From Octopus vulgaris (lineage: Eukaryota), in contig OX597822.1 in the NCBI GenBank assembly GCA_951406725.2, positions 59,148,001-59,212,000 of the forward strand: a stretch of 64,000 nt of DNA, in the 5' to 3' direction. The notes beneath the pieces are model-generated. The model was not told where the DNA came from. It did not search any database and saw only the letters and a program-made list of their open reading frames with translations. Positions within the stretch are counted from its first letter, which is position 1, and every line of letters starts with the position of its first letter. Below are positions 1-14,023 of the stretch, one piece after another. The position numbers and the translations under genes are program-made.

Positions 1-662
1 CCTCTGAAATGGTTGGTCACATAATTCCCTCATTCAGGTGCACCTGACCCATATCTCACCATCTCTCGTTACCCGTATTGAGTTCAATCTCACGGCTCCG
101 AACTAACCACTATGACCATTCCTTTTTCCGTGGAACACTAGCTCTCTGGAATATTCTCTCTTCCCAAGTCTTTTCTGCAACAGTTTAAACGGAACATTAA
201 AGAGTTCAGGCTCACCAGTTTCGAGGGACCTGCAAAGGTTATAGGCCCTGTTTCTGCTTCCAGACTCGGAGAGTATTAAAAAAAAAAGGGCGTGCACAAC
301 ACAAAACCGCAAAGTCGTTACAATTGCTAAGTCTCACAAACTGTAATGATCCCTGCTGTTAATCTCATATACATAACATATTTAAAACTACATCCTAAAG
401 AGAGGCATTCTTTTCCGTCTCAGGAAATACTCTCTAATCATCACTTTCCCGACATAATAACCCTCTATTCAAGAACCAACTCATTGCTTTTTGTATTACA
501 ATGTAAAGCTGTTTGTATACATACATACATACATACATACATACATACATACATACATACATACATGTATGCATACATATATATATACATATATATATAT
601 ACGCACACATACATGTACATATACAAATTTACACATATATAAATATGTGTGTGTGTACACAC

Positions 663-731
<69 letters not shown>

Positions 732-1264
732 GTGCATACACACACGCACATAGAGTCTTTCAGAGTTTCCTTTTGAAATTGAAAATCCGGGTAACTGGCC
801 TGGTTACCACCCACAAATACGAGTTACCGCCCAAGGCTATGTGTTCATAAAACTGTTTACCCCAGCATTTTGTCGATGTCAAGGCATGTTAAGGTTTATA
901 TATATATAGGGATAGAAAAGACAAGTGAAAACTTTAGCTATTTGATGACGTTGGTGCTGGTAGTGGTGGTACTTGTTGTGGGGTTTGGTGACATAGTGGT
1001 GATGGTGATGTTAGTAGTAGTGGTGTTTGTTTTGGGGATAGGTATTGGTTGTGGTGCAAGTCATACTGGTATTAATACTGGTATTAATGTTGTTTCTAGC
1101 CCCAGTCAAGTAGACCTATGATCGTAGGTACTCCGGTCGTGACCATTCTATTAAGAAAAAATAACACTATTCATCTTAAATTACATTATTCAATCGTATC
1201 CTTCTTTTAAAGGGAAATTTGGTTGCTGTTTCTAACAGGTCGAGCAACTACATAGAACAGTGGT

Positions 1265-1854
1265 CTTCTTCTTCTTCTTCTTCTTCTTCTTCTTCTTCTT
1301 CTTCTTCTTCTTCTTCTTCTTCTTCTTCTTCTTCTTCTTCTTCTTCTTCCAATCAGGACTCACGTCATTAGCCACTAAGAATAATCTCTAATTCGAGCCT
1401 ACTCTAAGCTACTAAGAATGCGTGTGGTTACTTGAAGATCCACCCACCACACGCGATAGACTGGCGGTTGCACGGGCGCAAAAGCTACGTTGTTATCCTC
1501 ATTCCATAAACGGTGGCTTTTAACGGGTGGAGAGCTGAACCATCCTGGGGTACAGAGGATTCGCAATCTAGACTAGGGTCTGAAAGTTTACCACACCATA
1601 GTGGGTTACACCATGGTTCCTCTGCTTTGTGGCAGAAGTAGGAAGAAAGAGTGAGAAAAAGTTGTGGTGAAAGAGTACAGCGGGGTTCACCCCACACCCC
1701 GCAGAGTACTGCAGGGATCGCCACCATCCCCTGCCGGAGCCTCGTGGAGCTTAGGTGTTTTTGTTCAATAAACACTTACAATGCCCGGTCTGGGAATCGA
1801 AACCGCGTTCTTACGACCGCGAGTTCGCCCTAACCACTGGGCCATTGCGCCTCC
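1265..1854 (-). mobile_element. Complete tRNA-derived SINE (family C head) with (GAA)n tail and 11-bp TSD
   Basis: A box TGGCCCAGTGG, B box GGTTTCGATTCC; TSD AGAACAGTGGT at 1254 and 1855. Confidence 0.85.
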
Positions 1855-1858
1855 AGAA

Positions 1859-2080
1859 CAGTGGTTTCATATGACCTGGGGGCGGGGGGCAGTCTATATC
1901 AAATTTTGTCATTAAGAATTTATGTTCAATAAATTGGTTGTACTTTTATACAATTTCTAATCATGTATGATTATAAAAATACAATATGATTTTTTAAAAC
2001 ATCAAATGACTATGAGGGTCCAGTAGAGTAAAATAGGGATCAAAGGAGGGTCCGTAGGCAAAAACGGTTGAAAACCACTG
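1859..2080. mobile_element. hAT-type MITE (same family as 26831), left end hit by a SINE
   Basis: TIR CAGTGGTTTC / GAAAACCACTG; 8-bp TSD ACATAGAA (1250) / ACATAGAG (2081); the right end resembles 27075-27146. Confidence 0.75.
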
Positions 2081-2420
2081 ACATAGAGCCTCGGTGGTCA
2101 AAATGATGGCTGCAACTATACTGGTGGTGATTGTATTGGTGGCAGTAGTGAGGATAGTGTTGGTGGTAACGACAAGCGATGGTAGTGGTGGTGGTGTTAT
2201 TTATGATGTTGAAGTTGTTGGTGATATTTATGTGAGATATGCCTGAGAGGCAGTTGATTAATGGCTGTAACAAACAACGGTGATGGTATTATAGTTGTTG
2301 TGATGGTGATGGTCGAATTTACTTGTGTTGGTGGTGTTGGTAATAATGGCAGGGTACCTGGGGCGTGGGAGCATCTGTTTTACTTGTAGCGGTACAAATT
2401 GTTGCTATCGTTTATTGTAT

Positions 2421-2915
2421 GAAAGCGTGGCTTAGGGGATTAGGGTATTCGGTTTACGATTGTAAGGTCGAGAGTTCGATACACGGTGGCGCGATGTGTC
2501 CTTAAGCAAGACAGTTTATTTCACGGTACTCCAGTTCTCTCAGCTGGCAAAAAGCGAGTGGTACCTGCATTTTAAAGGGCTGGCTTTGTCGCATCCTGTG
2601 TCAAGCTGAATCTTCCTGAGAACTACGTTAAGGGTACGCGTGTCTGTGGAATGCTCAATAACTTGCACGTTAATTTCACTTCATATATGTGTATGTGTGT
2701 CTTTGTTTTTATGAATGTTCCTCCACACCGCTTGACAACCGCTGATGGTTTATTTACATCCCAGTAATCTAGAGGTTCGGCAAAAGAATCAAACTGAATA
2801 AGTACCAGACTTAAAAATGAAATAAGTATTGGTGTCGATATGTTCAACTAAACAATTTCAAGGCAGTTACCCAGCATGTCCATAGACCAATTACTGAAAC
2901 ACGCAAAAGGTAAAA
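2421..2915 (+). mobile_element. Old SINE composite (tRNA/CORE-like head, family C tail module, family B tail)
   Basis: Segments align with 37590-37710 (reverse) and 21800-21990. Confidence 0.65.
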
Positions 2916-3119
2916 GGTGATGAAAGCATTAGTTAAAAGAAAAAGAGAAAGAAAGAGAGAGAGAAGGAGGGATGGAGGAAGGGGAGATAGAGTCAGAGAG
3001 AGAGGGAGCGCGAGAGAGAAAGAGAGAGAGAGAGAGAAAGGGAGAGAGAGAGAGAAAGGGAGAGAGAGAGAGGCACTCCTTATTGTCTTTTGAACATTGA
3101 ATGTTTACGTGTGAATTGG

Positions 3120-3600
3120 ATGGATATTGTAGCTGTGTTGTTTAGGACAACGCCAATTCATCTTCACATAAGAACAATTTTGAGAACCGGATAGAAGGTT
3201 GGTAGTTCTGGATGTAATTGCCAGTCAAGATGGTACTGATGAACGCCAACAGTCTGTCGGGACAAGACGGCCAGACAACTACCGGAACTGGATACTTCTG
3301 ATACTTAAGTATTAGTTGGAGACTGAAATACTATTTTAAACGCACATCGAGTGAGTCTAGTGATTAGAAAGAAGGAATTGAAGATCCTCTAAAATCTGTT
3401 CAGGAATATCGACAGGCTTACCTTGAAATGCCAACGTAGATTAGATTAGATCACAGCAAATGGACAACTGCAAGAAATCCATGGCCTGGTTGTGATATCG
3501 AGAGGCATTGCCACTTGGTGAAAAGCTTTACAGGTACGTAAGTTCCGACTGTTGGCCTTTTCGAGGTACATGCAGAGTGATGAAATCTTTTGGCACGCAC
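3120..3600 (+). pseudogene. Highly decayed Tx1 APE endonuclease remnant
   Basis: PDRRLVVLDV vs PEGRLVVLDV and VLVGD*NTI vs ILVGDFNTV of ORF2. Confidence 0.55.
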
Positions 3601-3979
3601 TCATTCAGTTACCGAATGTCACATGTGGTATGAGCCGGCTTTCATCTAAGTCAGGCAACCAATTGCCTCAAAATATATTTATTTACGCCGATGTTACCCT
3701 TCTTTGATTTCAAAAGGTTTATTGAATCTATTTATTGAATTTATTTATATGAATCTATTTACACGTCCATTACATTAGATAGAAGCAATGTTGCCAGAAG
3801 AAAAATTTCCGTCGTAACAAGGAACAGGTTTTTTTTAAATATAATTTTACTTATGTCTAATGAGTCCTCATTACTCCCAAGAATATCATTTTTACCCCAT
3901 TTGGGTAATTTACTCTGGTTCGCCGACCCCTGATTTAAGTCTAACGCGACTATCTCCTCGACGACTGCAACTTGGTCAA

Positions 3980-4420
3980 AAATGGTAGGCAGATTCTCTG
4001 TTGTGAAAAAAGAGGTTTTGTGGTGAGAAAAATTGAAAACACAAGACCTCATCAACTTCAAGTATCACATAAGAGGAAGGTGAGAATGGATAGAAGTATG
4101 ACTTCCAAGATATTTGTTGAAAGATCAGTGAGAGTGATGAGCTTGGCCTGAACGAACGACCTCCTCTGATCATACATCAATAGCCAGAGAAGACAATTGG
4201 GGGGAAAGCCTCTTGTCTTTAGCAATAAAAGATCTGTGAGTTTCCGTGATCGATCCCAGTTGGTTGTCTTTTATTGGGACACTTCATTTATTTTCTTTTT
4301 ATGCTATTGTTTTTTTGCAACTGTTTTCGAGAATCAGCTGTTACTTTATTCTCAAATATCATTCCTTGTTTTGTACTGTCGTCTCTCTCGACACATTTGA
4401 GGAAACTGAAAAAACGATTA
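3980..4420 (+). pseudogene. Decayed Tx1 ORF2 C-terminus and 3'UTR
   Basis: DLINFKYHIRG...IFVER resembles LLTYFRYHLKSK...VYEKRW; followed by a T-rich UTR-like stretch. Confidence 0.45.
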
Positions 4421-4677
4421 TCGGCCTTGCCTTTCATCCTTTCGGGGTTGACAAAATAAATAACCATTGAGCACTGGGGTCAATGTAACCCCCTTCCCCT
4501 AAATTTCTATCCTAGTGCTAAAATATGAAACTATTGCTGTTGTTGCTGTTATCATCATCATCATCATCATCATCATTATTATTATTATTATTATTGAGTG
4601 AGAGAGCAGTGCATGCCATCAAAGTGACACTGGGGTAAAATATACGAAGCCCAATATACCCATCATGACTACCCGTC

Positions 4678-4732
<55 letters not shown>

Positions 4733-4758
4733 CATTGTTATTATTATTGTTATTATTA

Positions 4759-4858
<100 letters not shown>

Positions 4859-4861
4859 CAT

Positions 4862-5098
4862 TTCGCTTGTGCATGCTAATTTAGTTAGCTGGTATTGTAT
4901 CTTGAGGTTTGGTGACAAGTTTCCTCAAATCTCAAGAATTTTTCCTTAGGATTCTTGCGATTTTCGATTCCAATATCTTTCAGTCTTTTAGGTAGCGTTT
5001 TGGGTGTTGTGCCAAGTGCACCTATTACTACAGGAATAATTGTTATCTTAGTCTTCTATAGTCTCCCCAGCTCTCTGGCGACATCCTGGTATTTATCA
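4862..5098 (-). mobile_element. Third, decayed R4/Dong-type 3' fragment
   Basis: The minus strand gives KYQDVARELGRL*KTKITIIPVVIGALGTTPK and is followed by (AAT)n. Confidence 0.7.
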
Positions 5099-5390
5099 TA
5101 TTATAATCATTATTGTTGTTGTCGTCGTTGTAGTCCTTGTTCTTGTTGTTGGTATTTCTTGCCTCGGCAAAACGTGCTTCGTATCACTAGTATAATTTCA
5201 AGAACTTTATCGGATTACACGCATAGCTGAACGCATTTTTTGCATGAACTGTGTTCATGGAGTAGTAGGCTCAATTACTGGTATTTCCCGTTAAGCAAAA
5301 AAAAAAAAGATAAGCAAGAAAAAAAACTATAAATCGGTTGCTTAGACAAAGCATACTCCAGTAATAATAATAACAATGATGATGATGATG

Positions 5391-5448
<58 letters not shown>

Positions 5449-6041
5449 TAATAATAATAATAATAATAATAAATGTACTTTAAGAAATGCAGGGAAAGAA
5501 ATGTAATATTCTGTTGCAAATACATCTCGCACAATGAAACTCTCAGTGTTAGCCAAAATTGTAATAAAGAAAATAACGATAAAAATTCTTCTTTCGCTTC
5601 TACTGACAGCGATTAGAAATTTGAACATGGCTCTGCTAACTGAGAAAGAATGGTGAGCACAAATATGTAACCATATCAAATGGTTCCTTACTCGAAACTC
5701 TTATCCAGGAGCAGGAGAAGAGGAAAGTATCCTATGTCTGCTTGTGAAACGATGGAGGAGTTTTTCAATTGCGTTCTGTGAAAGAGGTACTGGCCGATGC
5801 ACAGAAGGATGTAATTTCCACCGACGATAGAAGAATTTACAGTAATGTCTGACTGGTTTTCGAGACTGAGAGTAAGCAAAAATGGTGCGTATCGTATGTT
5901 CATGCCTGAAAATATAGGCCAACGTAACCAAAGGATGACAGCTAGGATAACAGTTAAGAGTACTGGCTGTGACAATGATCCCTGGCTTTAAAGTATAAAT
6001 TGTGAAGGCAGAAATCACGAAGGATGATATATGGCCGGGAA

Positions 6042-6490
6042 GCGAAATTTTTTTCTCACGAGAGTTCCGGACCCCAGTTATGAACTCATTTGAATACAGC
6101 CAATCATAGCTCAACTATCAAACTAATTTATGAGCGCATAACAAATGATGGGTGATAAGATAACTACTGCCTCTGCGTAGTTATTTGTGTTGTTGTATAC
6201 TTTCTAAAATAGTAAGAGGAGAGGGTTGCTTGCATATCACCCTCTACCCACATTTTACTCATCCACATCTTTACCATACGGGGCCCTAACAAAATCCGGT
6301 AATATGTATAGATACAAACCTATCTAATTACTTGCCTCCTTCTAAAATCGATTTACAACACCGGTTTTCGTCTTGAGTTTACTTGGCAGAGTGTGTTTGT
6401 TAACTTGACATCGTCAAGTTGAGCTCTGATTGGCTGCATGCAAATGAGATCATTACTGGGGTTCGGAACTCTCGGGGTAAAAAATTTCGC
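6042..6490. repeat. About 75-bp imperfect inverted repeat, 300-bp spacer
   Basis: 6042-6116 is the reverse complement of 6417-6490. Confidence 0.8.
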
Positions 6491-7239
6491 GGCCGGGAAG
6501 GGGTCAGTATAGACTTTAAAACTCTTATAAACCCCGAACAGGACAGGGACTTAGTGGAACTATACCTCGTCGTTAGTGGGTACAAAAATTAAAGCAGTAT
6601 GACTGGAGTTAAGGCTGTTATACTTGAAACAGAAAGAGTCATTTGATGCTTCTTGCTCCATAGAAGTGGGAAAGAGACAGAAAGAAAGACAGACAGAGAA
6701 ATGTAGACAGGAACAATAGCATCAGTCTCCTAAGTCTGCTTTACCCATGGTGCTGCACGAGGCTCCGCAAATGGCAGAAAAATCTAGTCCTCGATCTCAA
6801 GGGTGAGCAATGCCATGGCTCCCTCCCAGTACCGGTACTCAATCAAGATTCATCTGATGTGCCTTTCCTAGCTTAGGACGATAGGGTATAATTTGGACGA
6901 TTTAGTTGCTATTTCTAACTGGCGAAGTGACCACATACAGGGTCCCGTAGTAGTAAAATTAGTAGTCATTGTAGTATAGTTGCTACTGGTAACATTGGTA
7001 GCATTATGAAAAAATAAATGGAGAGAGGCCATCATCTCAATTATCTTTTTTTTTTCCCTCCCAAAATAGATTAATAAAAGATGTTACCATAGAAGCAGCT
7101 CTCAGATATTTAACCATCGTGACGTAGGAATATCTGTGTCGATTTATTCATATATTCTCTAATGACAAATGATAAATGAGTGATGATATACTATCTATCT
7201 TAGTATATGTTCATTCACATTAAGCGGCAGGAAGTTTCT

Positions 7240-7399
7240 GTTATATATATATATATATAAACATATACATACGCGCTTGTGTGTGCGCGTGCGTGGGTAT
7301 GTGTGCATGTGCGAATGTGTACATATACATACATACATACATACATATATATATGTATATATATACATACACACATATATATGCTTGTATGCATGTATG

Positions 7400-7435
<36 letters not shown>

Positions 7436-7709
7436 TGTATGCATGTATGGTCGTATATATATATATGTATATATATGCATGTATGCATGTATGGTCGTAT
7501 ATATATATGTATATATGTATAATATGTATATATATATTTATATACACACAAATATAGATACATAATAACACACACATACATATATACATACATATATGTA
7601 TATATGTATGTATATATGTATGTATATATATGTATATATATATATGTATATATATATATATGTATATATATGTATATGTATGTATGTGTATATATATATA
7701 TATAAACAT

Positions 7710-7741
<32 letters not shown>

Positions 7742-7755
7742 ATATATATATATAC
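7240..7755. repeat. Compound (TA)/(TG)/(TACA) microsatellite, representative of dozens in the window
   Basis: Read directly. Similar tracts at 515-750, 4545-4860, 5360-5470, 12165-12520, 22486-22586, 29200-29490, 32920-33250, 38120-39050, 39880-40270 and 41275-41540. Confidence 0.95.
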
Positions 7756-7960
7756 ATGGGTGCACCTAAGGGTTCGGCTGAGAGTATTAGCAATTATTAA
7801 AATGGATTTGCCATTAGCTATCGTATTTGGCAGTTGGGGTGGGGAGAAGGGCAACAAAAAGGAAAAATAAATGTTAGATAATAATTATCCGTGTGATGTA
7901 AATGGTGGGTGAGGGTCGGCTAAATTTGTCGAATCCCACTTGGCTGTGTATGTAATATAT

Positions 7961-8014
<54 letters not shown>

Positions 8015-8319
8015 GATACACAGACCTCTCGAAAGTAAATAAACACTCCTCGTTATAGCGTCTTATTTGTGTGAATACTACTCGTTAATACGATAACCCA
8101 AACGGGTTAAATAATTTAAAACTGCACAAGGCATTCAAATAAATCAATATAGCATTTTGTTCCTAGAAATAATTCTTTCAAAAATTATGGTGTCTATTTG
8201 CTGTTGAGATGTATATATTTACATTTACCCTTAGAAATGTCAAAAAACTTGATCATATACATATCCATCCATCTATCCATTCATCCATCCATCCATCCAT
8301 CCATCCATCCAAACACACA

Positions 8320-8374
<55 letters not shown>

Positions 8375-8579
8375 ACACATCTTCGTTATAATAAAAACAA
8401 TTCTACATGAAACTGAAAGATTACTCAATACTTCTGGTAGAGTACAAATTTATAATTCTTTAACATGAATATTACTGACAGACCATGTAGCAAATTCAAT
8501 AAATGAATTTAAATATGACCCGGAAGAAGAAGGCACCTTCGAGACATATATATATATGAAGGAGAGTATATTTCAGATT

Positions 8580-8771
<192 letters not shown>

Positions 8772-8853
8772 TTGTGTGTGTATGTGTGTGTGATCGCATG
8801 TGTATTGTTGGCGATTTTCTTTCTCCGTCTTCCCTTCTTTGGACTTTTCCTAT

Positions 8854-8888
8854 ATTTCTGATGAAGAGCTCCGCTCGAAACGTGAAAT
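8854..8888 (+). ncRNA. Minimal hammerhead-like motif in a Penelope-like repeat (about 8800-8990)
   Basis: ATTT CTGATGA A GAGC-TCC-GCTC GAAACGTG AAAT. A related variant at 11462-11497 has the core CTGTGGA. Confidence 0.5.
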
Positions 8889-9024
8889 CCTCTTTCTTTT
8901 CTTTCCTTTCCTGAGCGTCCAATAACACTGTACTTATTCCACGTCCTCACGTTGTTTTTTCTTGCTTGTTTATGTTTGGATTGACTATATATATAGAGAG
9001 TGAATGTGTGATCTTCTTTACTGT

Positions 9025-9143
9025 CACCTTCACGAATGAACTTTTTTGGGACCGGATAGTTACTGGTGACGGGAAATGGGTTCTCTATAAAAATGTCAAG
9101 CGTCGAAGACAATGGGTAAGGAAAGGAGAAACACCGGCACCCA
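9025..9143 (+). pseudogene. Mariner transposase fragment (first catalytic Asp region)
   Basis: FWDRIVTGDGKWVLYKNVKRRRQW matches the IVTGDEKW motif. Confidence 0.8.
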
Positions 9144-9371
9144 GGCTGAGCTGGCAGACACGTTAGCGCGCCGGTCGGAATGCTTAGCGGTATTTCGTCT
9201 GTCGTTACGTTCTGAGTTCAAATTCCGCCGAGGTCGACTTTGCCTTTCATCCTTTCGGGGTCGATAAATTAAGTACCAGTTTCTCACTGGGGTCGATGTA
9301 ATCGACTTAATCCCTTTGTCTGTCCTGTTTGTCCTCTCTATATTTAGCCCCTTGTGGGCAATAAAGAAATA
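9143..9371 (+). mobile_element. tRNA-derived SINE family A with Tx1-like tail
   Basis: A box TGGCAGACACGTT, B box GAGTTCAAATTCC; ends GCCCCTTGTGGGCAATAAAGAAATA. Confidence 0.85.
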
Positions 9372-9837
9372 TATATATATATGTAAGTATGTATATTTAT
9401 GTGTGTGTCTGTGTTTGTCCTCCGCCGTCGCTTGACAACCGATGCTGGCGTGTTTATGCACCCGTAACCTAGCGGTTCAGCAAAAGTGACCAATAGAATG
9501 AATACTAGACTTACAAAGAATAAGTTTGGGGGTCGATTTTAGTTGACTAAAACCCTTTAAGGCGGTGCTCCAGCATTGCCGTAGTCAAATGACTGAAACA
9601 AGTAAAAGGATAAAAGAATACGCGGAAAAGATAGAATAATTATTTCAACTGAGCTGTGCACTTTCATTTTCATTTTGTTTATGCAGAATCAGCTTGTAAG
9701 AAATTAGAGAAAGTGGAGCTTCTTTGCTAAACATTAAATGTGTGAAATAGCGATTTGCTCTAGTTATATTTAATTCCTATAGAGACCTCTTTGAATTTCT
9801 TATCTCGTCGGTGTTTTGATTCAAGAATTGACACACG

Positions 9838-9905
<68 letters not shown>

Positions 9906-10004
9906 CTCTCTCTCTCTCTCTCTCTCACGTGTGTGTGTGTGTGTTTGTGTGTGTATGTATATATGCATCTAGCCAGCTATACATAAACAAATTCACACAC
10001 GCTT

Positions 10005-10049
<45 letters not shown>

Positions 10050-10688
10050 CAGACACACGCACACTCACTCGCAGATGCTCAGATTTACACATGCGTGCAT
10101 ATTCAGAAATGTGTTTACGAGCATATAAATATGTGTGCGTAAGTGTGTGTACATATGCATGCGTGTATATTTGTGCTTTAGTATGAGTGTCTACACTCTT
10201 ACGTACGGTTACGCTTTGAGGAAATCTTACTCTGTTATCATACAATGTAGTGATAAATATTTTTTGTAGAATGTCTAAAGTATGTTTGGTGACCGTAAGA
10301 TTAACTTTGTTGTCTATCTGGCATTACCAGTCGTTTGAATATCTCAATGCTGTCTTGAATTTTATAGACAAAACGCAGTCTATATCATTCCATTGTGGTG
10401 TCTGCTGCAGCAATGAAGATATGAAATAAAAATAAACAAAATCGGGTTTTTGAACATGTGGCCAGGCCATTATTACGTCATTAGAGAAACTTTTTACATT
10501 ACAGCAAAGTTTCGACATGTTTTCCTTTCTGTTTAAGTCATAAATAAGAAGTGAAATAAAAAAAAAAAACCGAATTGTATGATGTCATAACAGAATATTG
10601 CTTTGCCTGAGCAGACGAAGAAAACATTTCCAAAGTATTTGCAAACAGTTACCTACGCTCTCACAATCTTAGACAAATTCACAATCAC

Positions 10689-10728
<40 letters not shown>

Positions 10729-11251
10729 GTCTTTACATCTGAGTTCAAATTCCGCCTAGGTCGACTTTGCATTTCATCCTTTCGGGGGCGATAAATTAAG
10801 TACCAGTTGCGTATTGGGGTCGATCTAATCGACTGGCCCCCTCTCCCAAAATTTCGGGCCTTGTGCCTAGAGTAGAAGAAAATTATTATTTTTATTATTG
10901 TTGTTGTTGTTGCTGTTGTTGTTATTATTGAGTGAGGGAGCAGTGCATGCCATCAAAGTGACACTGGGTTAAAATGTCCGAATCCCAGTATGCCCATATT
11001 ATTATTGTTTTATTATCTTTCAATTCTGTTTCCATTTATTGCCAGTGCCTTCTTGACACCCAAGACAGAGAAAGACACTGTATACATTGGTAGGCCATTA
11101 AAATAAACACACCAGATTGTTCTTTTACAAAGTCATGTGATAGAGAAAAAGGGGAAGAAAGACAGAGAAAAAAAGGAAAAATATATAAAAGTAAACAAAG
11201 AAAATAGAGGGGATAACAGAAAAGAAAATTCACAGTGAAAATGCTCTTCGC

Positions 11252-11311
<60 letters not shown>

Positions 11312-11656
11312 TGTTGTTGTTGTTGTTGTCATTGTTACTAAAGTTTTTGTTTTTGTTTCTCGTGGTAAGACGTATATGTTTCGCTCTTCTTTCAATGTAT
11401 TCGCCATGATAGATCGCTAGCCACTACACATTATTTTCTCTCCTAGTTTCTTTCTGTGTTCCTTTCTGTGGAAGAGCATAGGCTCGAAACGTTAAAGACT
11501 TTTTCACTTCCTGAGCGTTAAACTAATACATTTGTTTGCTGTCTACTCCAACTGTCTTCGTCTTTTGTTTTTTTTTGTGAATTCTCCCTATATATATATA
11601 TATATATGCGCCTGTGTGTATATGTGTGTGTTTGCGTATGTATGTATGTATATGTA

Positions 11657-11703
<47 letters not shown>

Positions 11704-11888
11704 GTATGTGTGTATGTGTATAGGTAAATCTATGTGTGTGTGTGTGTGTGTGTATGTGAATATATATATATTACAACTATGATGCTGTTGGTAAAATATG
11801 TTCTTTGTTAATCTCCTTATCATCTTGGAGATTTGGGGTAAAATTATACTAATGCGTCCTTCTAATTTAATTTAATTCTATGTCTTTG

Positions 11889-11978
11889 TGCAGCTGAAGA
11901 TTGCTCTACATTTTAAATTGATGTATTGAAATGATTGCATTGTTCAATTAAATGGAGTCGCATGAAACGGTCGTACTG
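11889..11978 (+). ncRNA. Third copy of the hammerhead motif (stem I shortened by a deletion)
   Basis: GCAG CTGAAGA ... GCAT GAAACGGTCGTA CTG. Confidence 0.55.
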
Positions 11979-12015
11979 GATATCCTTGTTGCTTATTTTG
12001 ATTATATATCTGTGT

Positions 12016-12047
<32 letters not shown>

Positions 12048-12158
12048 TAATGTAATTGAAGCAATTGTTGAATTTCTAAGGTGTGATCTAAAATAAGGAT
12101 ATGATTTTCTTCGTACATATTATTGATTGTTATATATACATACATTTACGCACCCCAC

Positions 12159-12249
<91 letters not shown>

Positions 12250-12449
12250 CACGGATTTTTGTCAGTGAACAGGTCGCGGTCTTAAAGCGACGAAAATATT
12301 TTGACAAATTAAACTTAAATGTTGAAGTGAATCGAACGGCTTTTGTGTGTTTCTTAAATGGCTTACAAACACTTTCCACCCTGCAATTTTTTTTAGTTTC
12401 AGCACACGATCTCAGATCAAATCACTTGCTATGCAAGTACATCTCCGTA

Positions 12450-12526
<77 letters not shown>

Positions 12527-13826
12527 GTATTACAAATACAGAGAGACAGACACACATGCAAACGTGCCTTTGCGCTTACACATACATGTATGAGTCTTAA
12601 TACTAAACATCTGGAAATTCTCAGCTGACATCTCTCCGGTTATGTGTGCTCTTCAAAGGCATCGGCTATCGTAAATACCTGTTTTCCATTGCACACGTGG
12701 CGGCATCAAACTACTTTTCTCACTGACATATTTCCTGTAACAGTACAGACGTTTTATAGCATTTATCATTCTCACTGCGTCTCTCTCTCTCTCTTGTTCT
12801 CTCTCTCTTTCTCTTGCTCTCTTTCTCTTTTCTGAACATTCACCCATTCCCTCACTTAAATTACATACATACATATATATGCACACGCGCACAGATATGC
12901 ACTCTTGCACGCTCACGAATAGACGTTCGCACACGCACATTTACTCTCTCAGATATTTAATATGTCTGTACAATGTATCACATTTTGATACATTTTCAAT
13001 ATACTGAAAGCTAAGTCTAAGTGTGGAGAACTATAAAAATAATTTTATTACCGTATCAAAAAAACAGCTGCAGACTACTGGAGTTTCAAGGAGAGAGCAA
13101 AAGAGAATCATGTTATTAGAATTTCCAAAGTGTTTAAAGTTATGAGGCTTTAGGTTGCAGTCATACAGAACAGATACCGTATCATGGACTATACCACCGC
13201 TTCATTTGTTAACATTATATTAGTTATAATAGCAATAGTATGGAAAATTTGCCAAAGATATATTAGAGCAATTGACAACCAATTTATCGGCACACAAACT
13301 ACAATAGGCGTTCCTACAGCATGTCCTTGGTTATAACGGCTATAACGAACGAATCCCACTGCAGCACTATTTGATTAACTATAAGAATAATCAACGCGTG
13401 TCCCACTTAATGAAGTATTTTTAGGATTTCAGGGATTTTCCCTGATGGGTCTAATGCATTTCTTGCATTTGTATCCAAAAAGATCAGCCCCTTTTCTAGT
13501 CAGTTCGTGGAAATTAAATTGTGCTCTGTGAAGGCAAAACCTCGAATTTGACAAATTTGAAGTCAACGAATTTGAAGAGATTTCTATGCCGATAATTCCA
13601 AAGCGTTAAAAATTAATGACTTTCTATGACGTATATAGCACATTCCACTTTAACAAAAACAAGCAAGAAAGCGCGAATGTGTTTTCTTCAACGCTTGTTT
13701 CTTATGTATTAATACTTATTAAGGTGCGTTCATGTGTAGGTGTGTGTGGGTGTGTTGGCGTGTATTATATATATTATATTATATATATATAAAATAAAAA
13801 TAAGCAACAAGGATATCCAGAGGTAA

Positions 13827-13913
13827 TGCAGTACGATCGTTTCATGCAACTCCATTTAATTGAACAATGCAATCATTACCTCAATTTAAAATGTAGAGCA
13901 ATCTTCAGCTGCA
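13827..13913 (-). ncRNA. Antisense copy of the same hammerhead motif
   Basis: Reverse complement of 13936-14023 with an intact core. Confidence 0.72.
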
Positions 13914-13935
13914 CAAAGACATAGAATTTAATTTG

Positions 13936-14023
13936 TGCAGCTGAAGATTGCTCTACATTTTAAATTGATGTAATGATTGCATTGTGTCAATTAAATGGAG
14001 TTGCATGAAACGATCGTACTGCA
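13936..14023 (+). ncRNA. Type I minimal hammerhead ribozyme motif (Penelope-like)
   Basis: Stem I TGCAG/CTGCA; core CTGAAGA...GAAA; extended stem II TGC...GCA; stem III AC-GATC-GT with palindromic loop; GUA cleavage triplet. Confidence 0.75.

Noticed and set aside
1780-1854. tRNA genes at SINE heads (also 37830-37906, 55620-55697)
   Set aside because: A/B boxes are present, but they continue into SINE bodies with tails and TSDs, and no complete cloverleaf is evident.
7755-7952. Possible MITE inside (TA)n
   Set aside because: Terminal inverted similarity is too weak to call.
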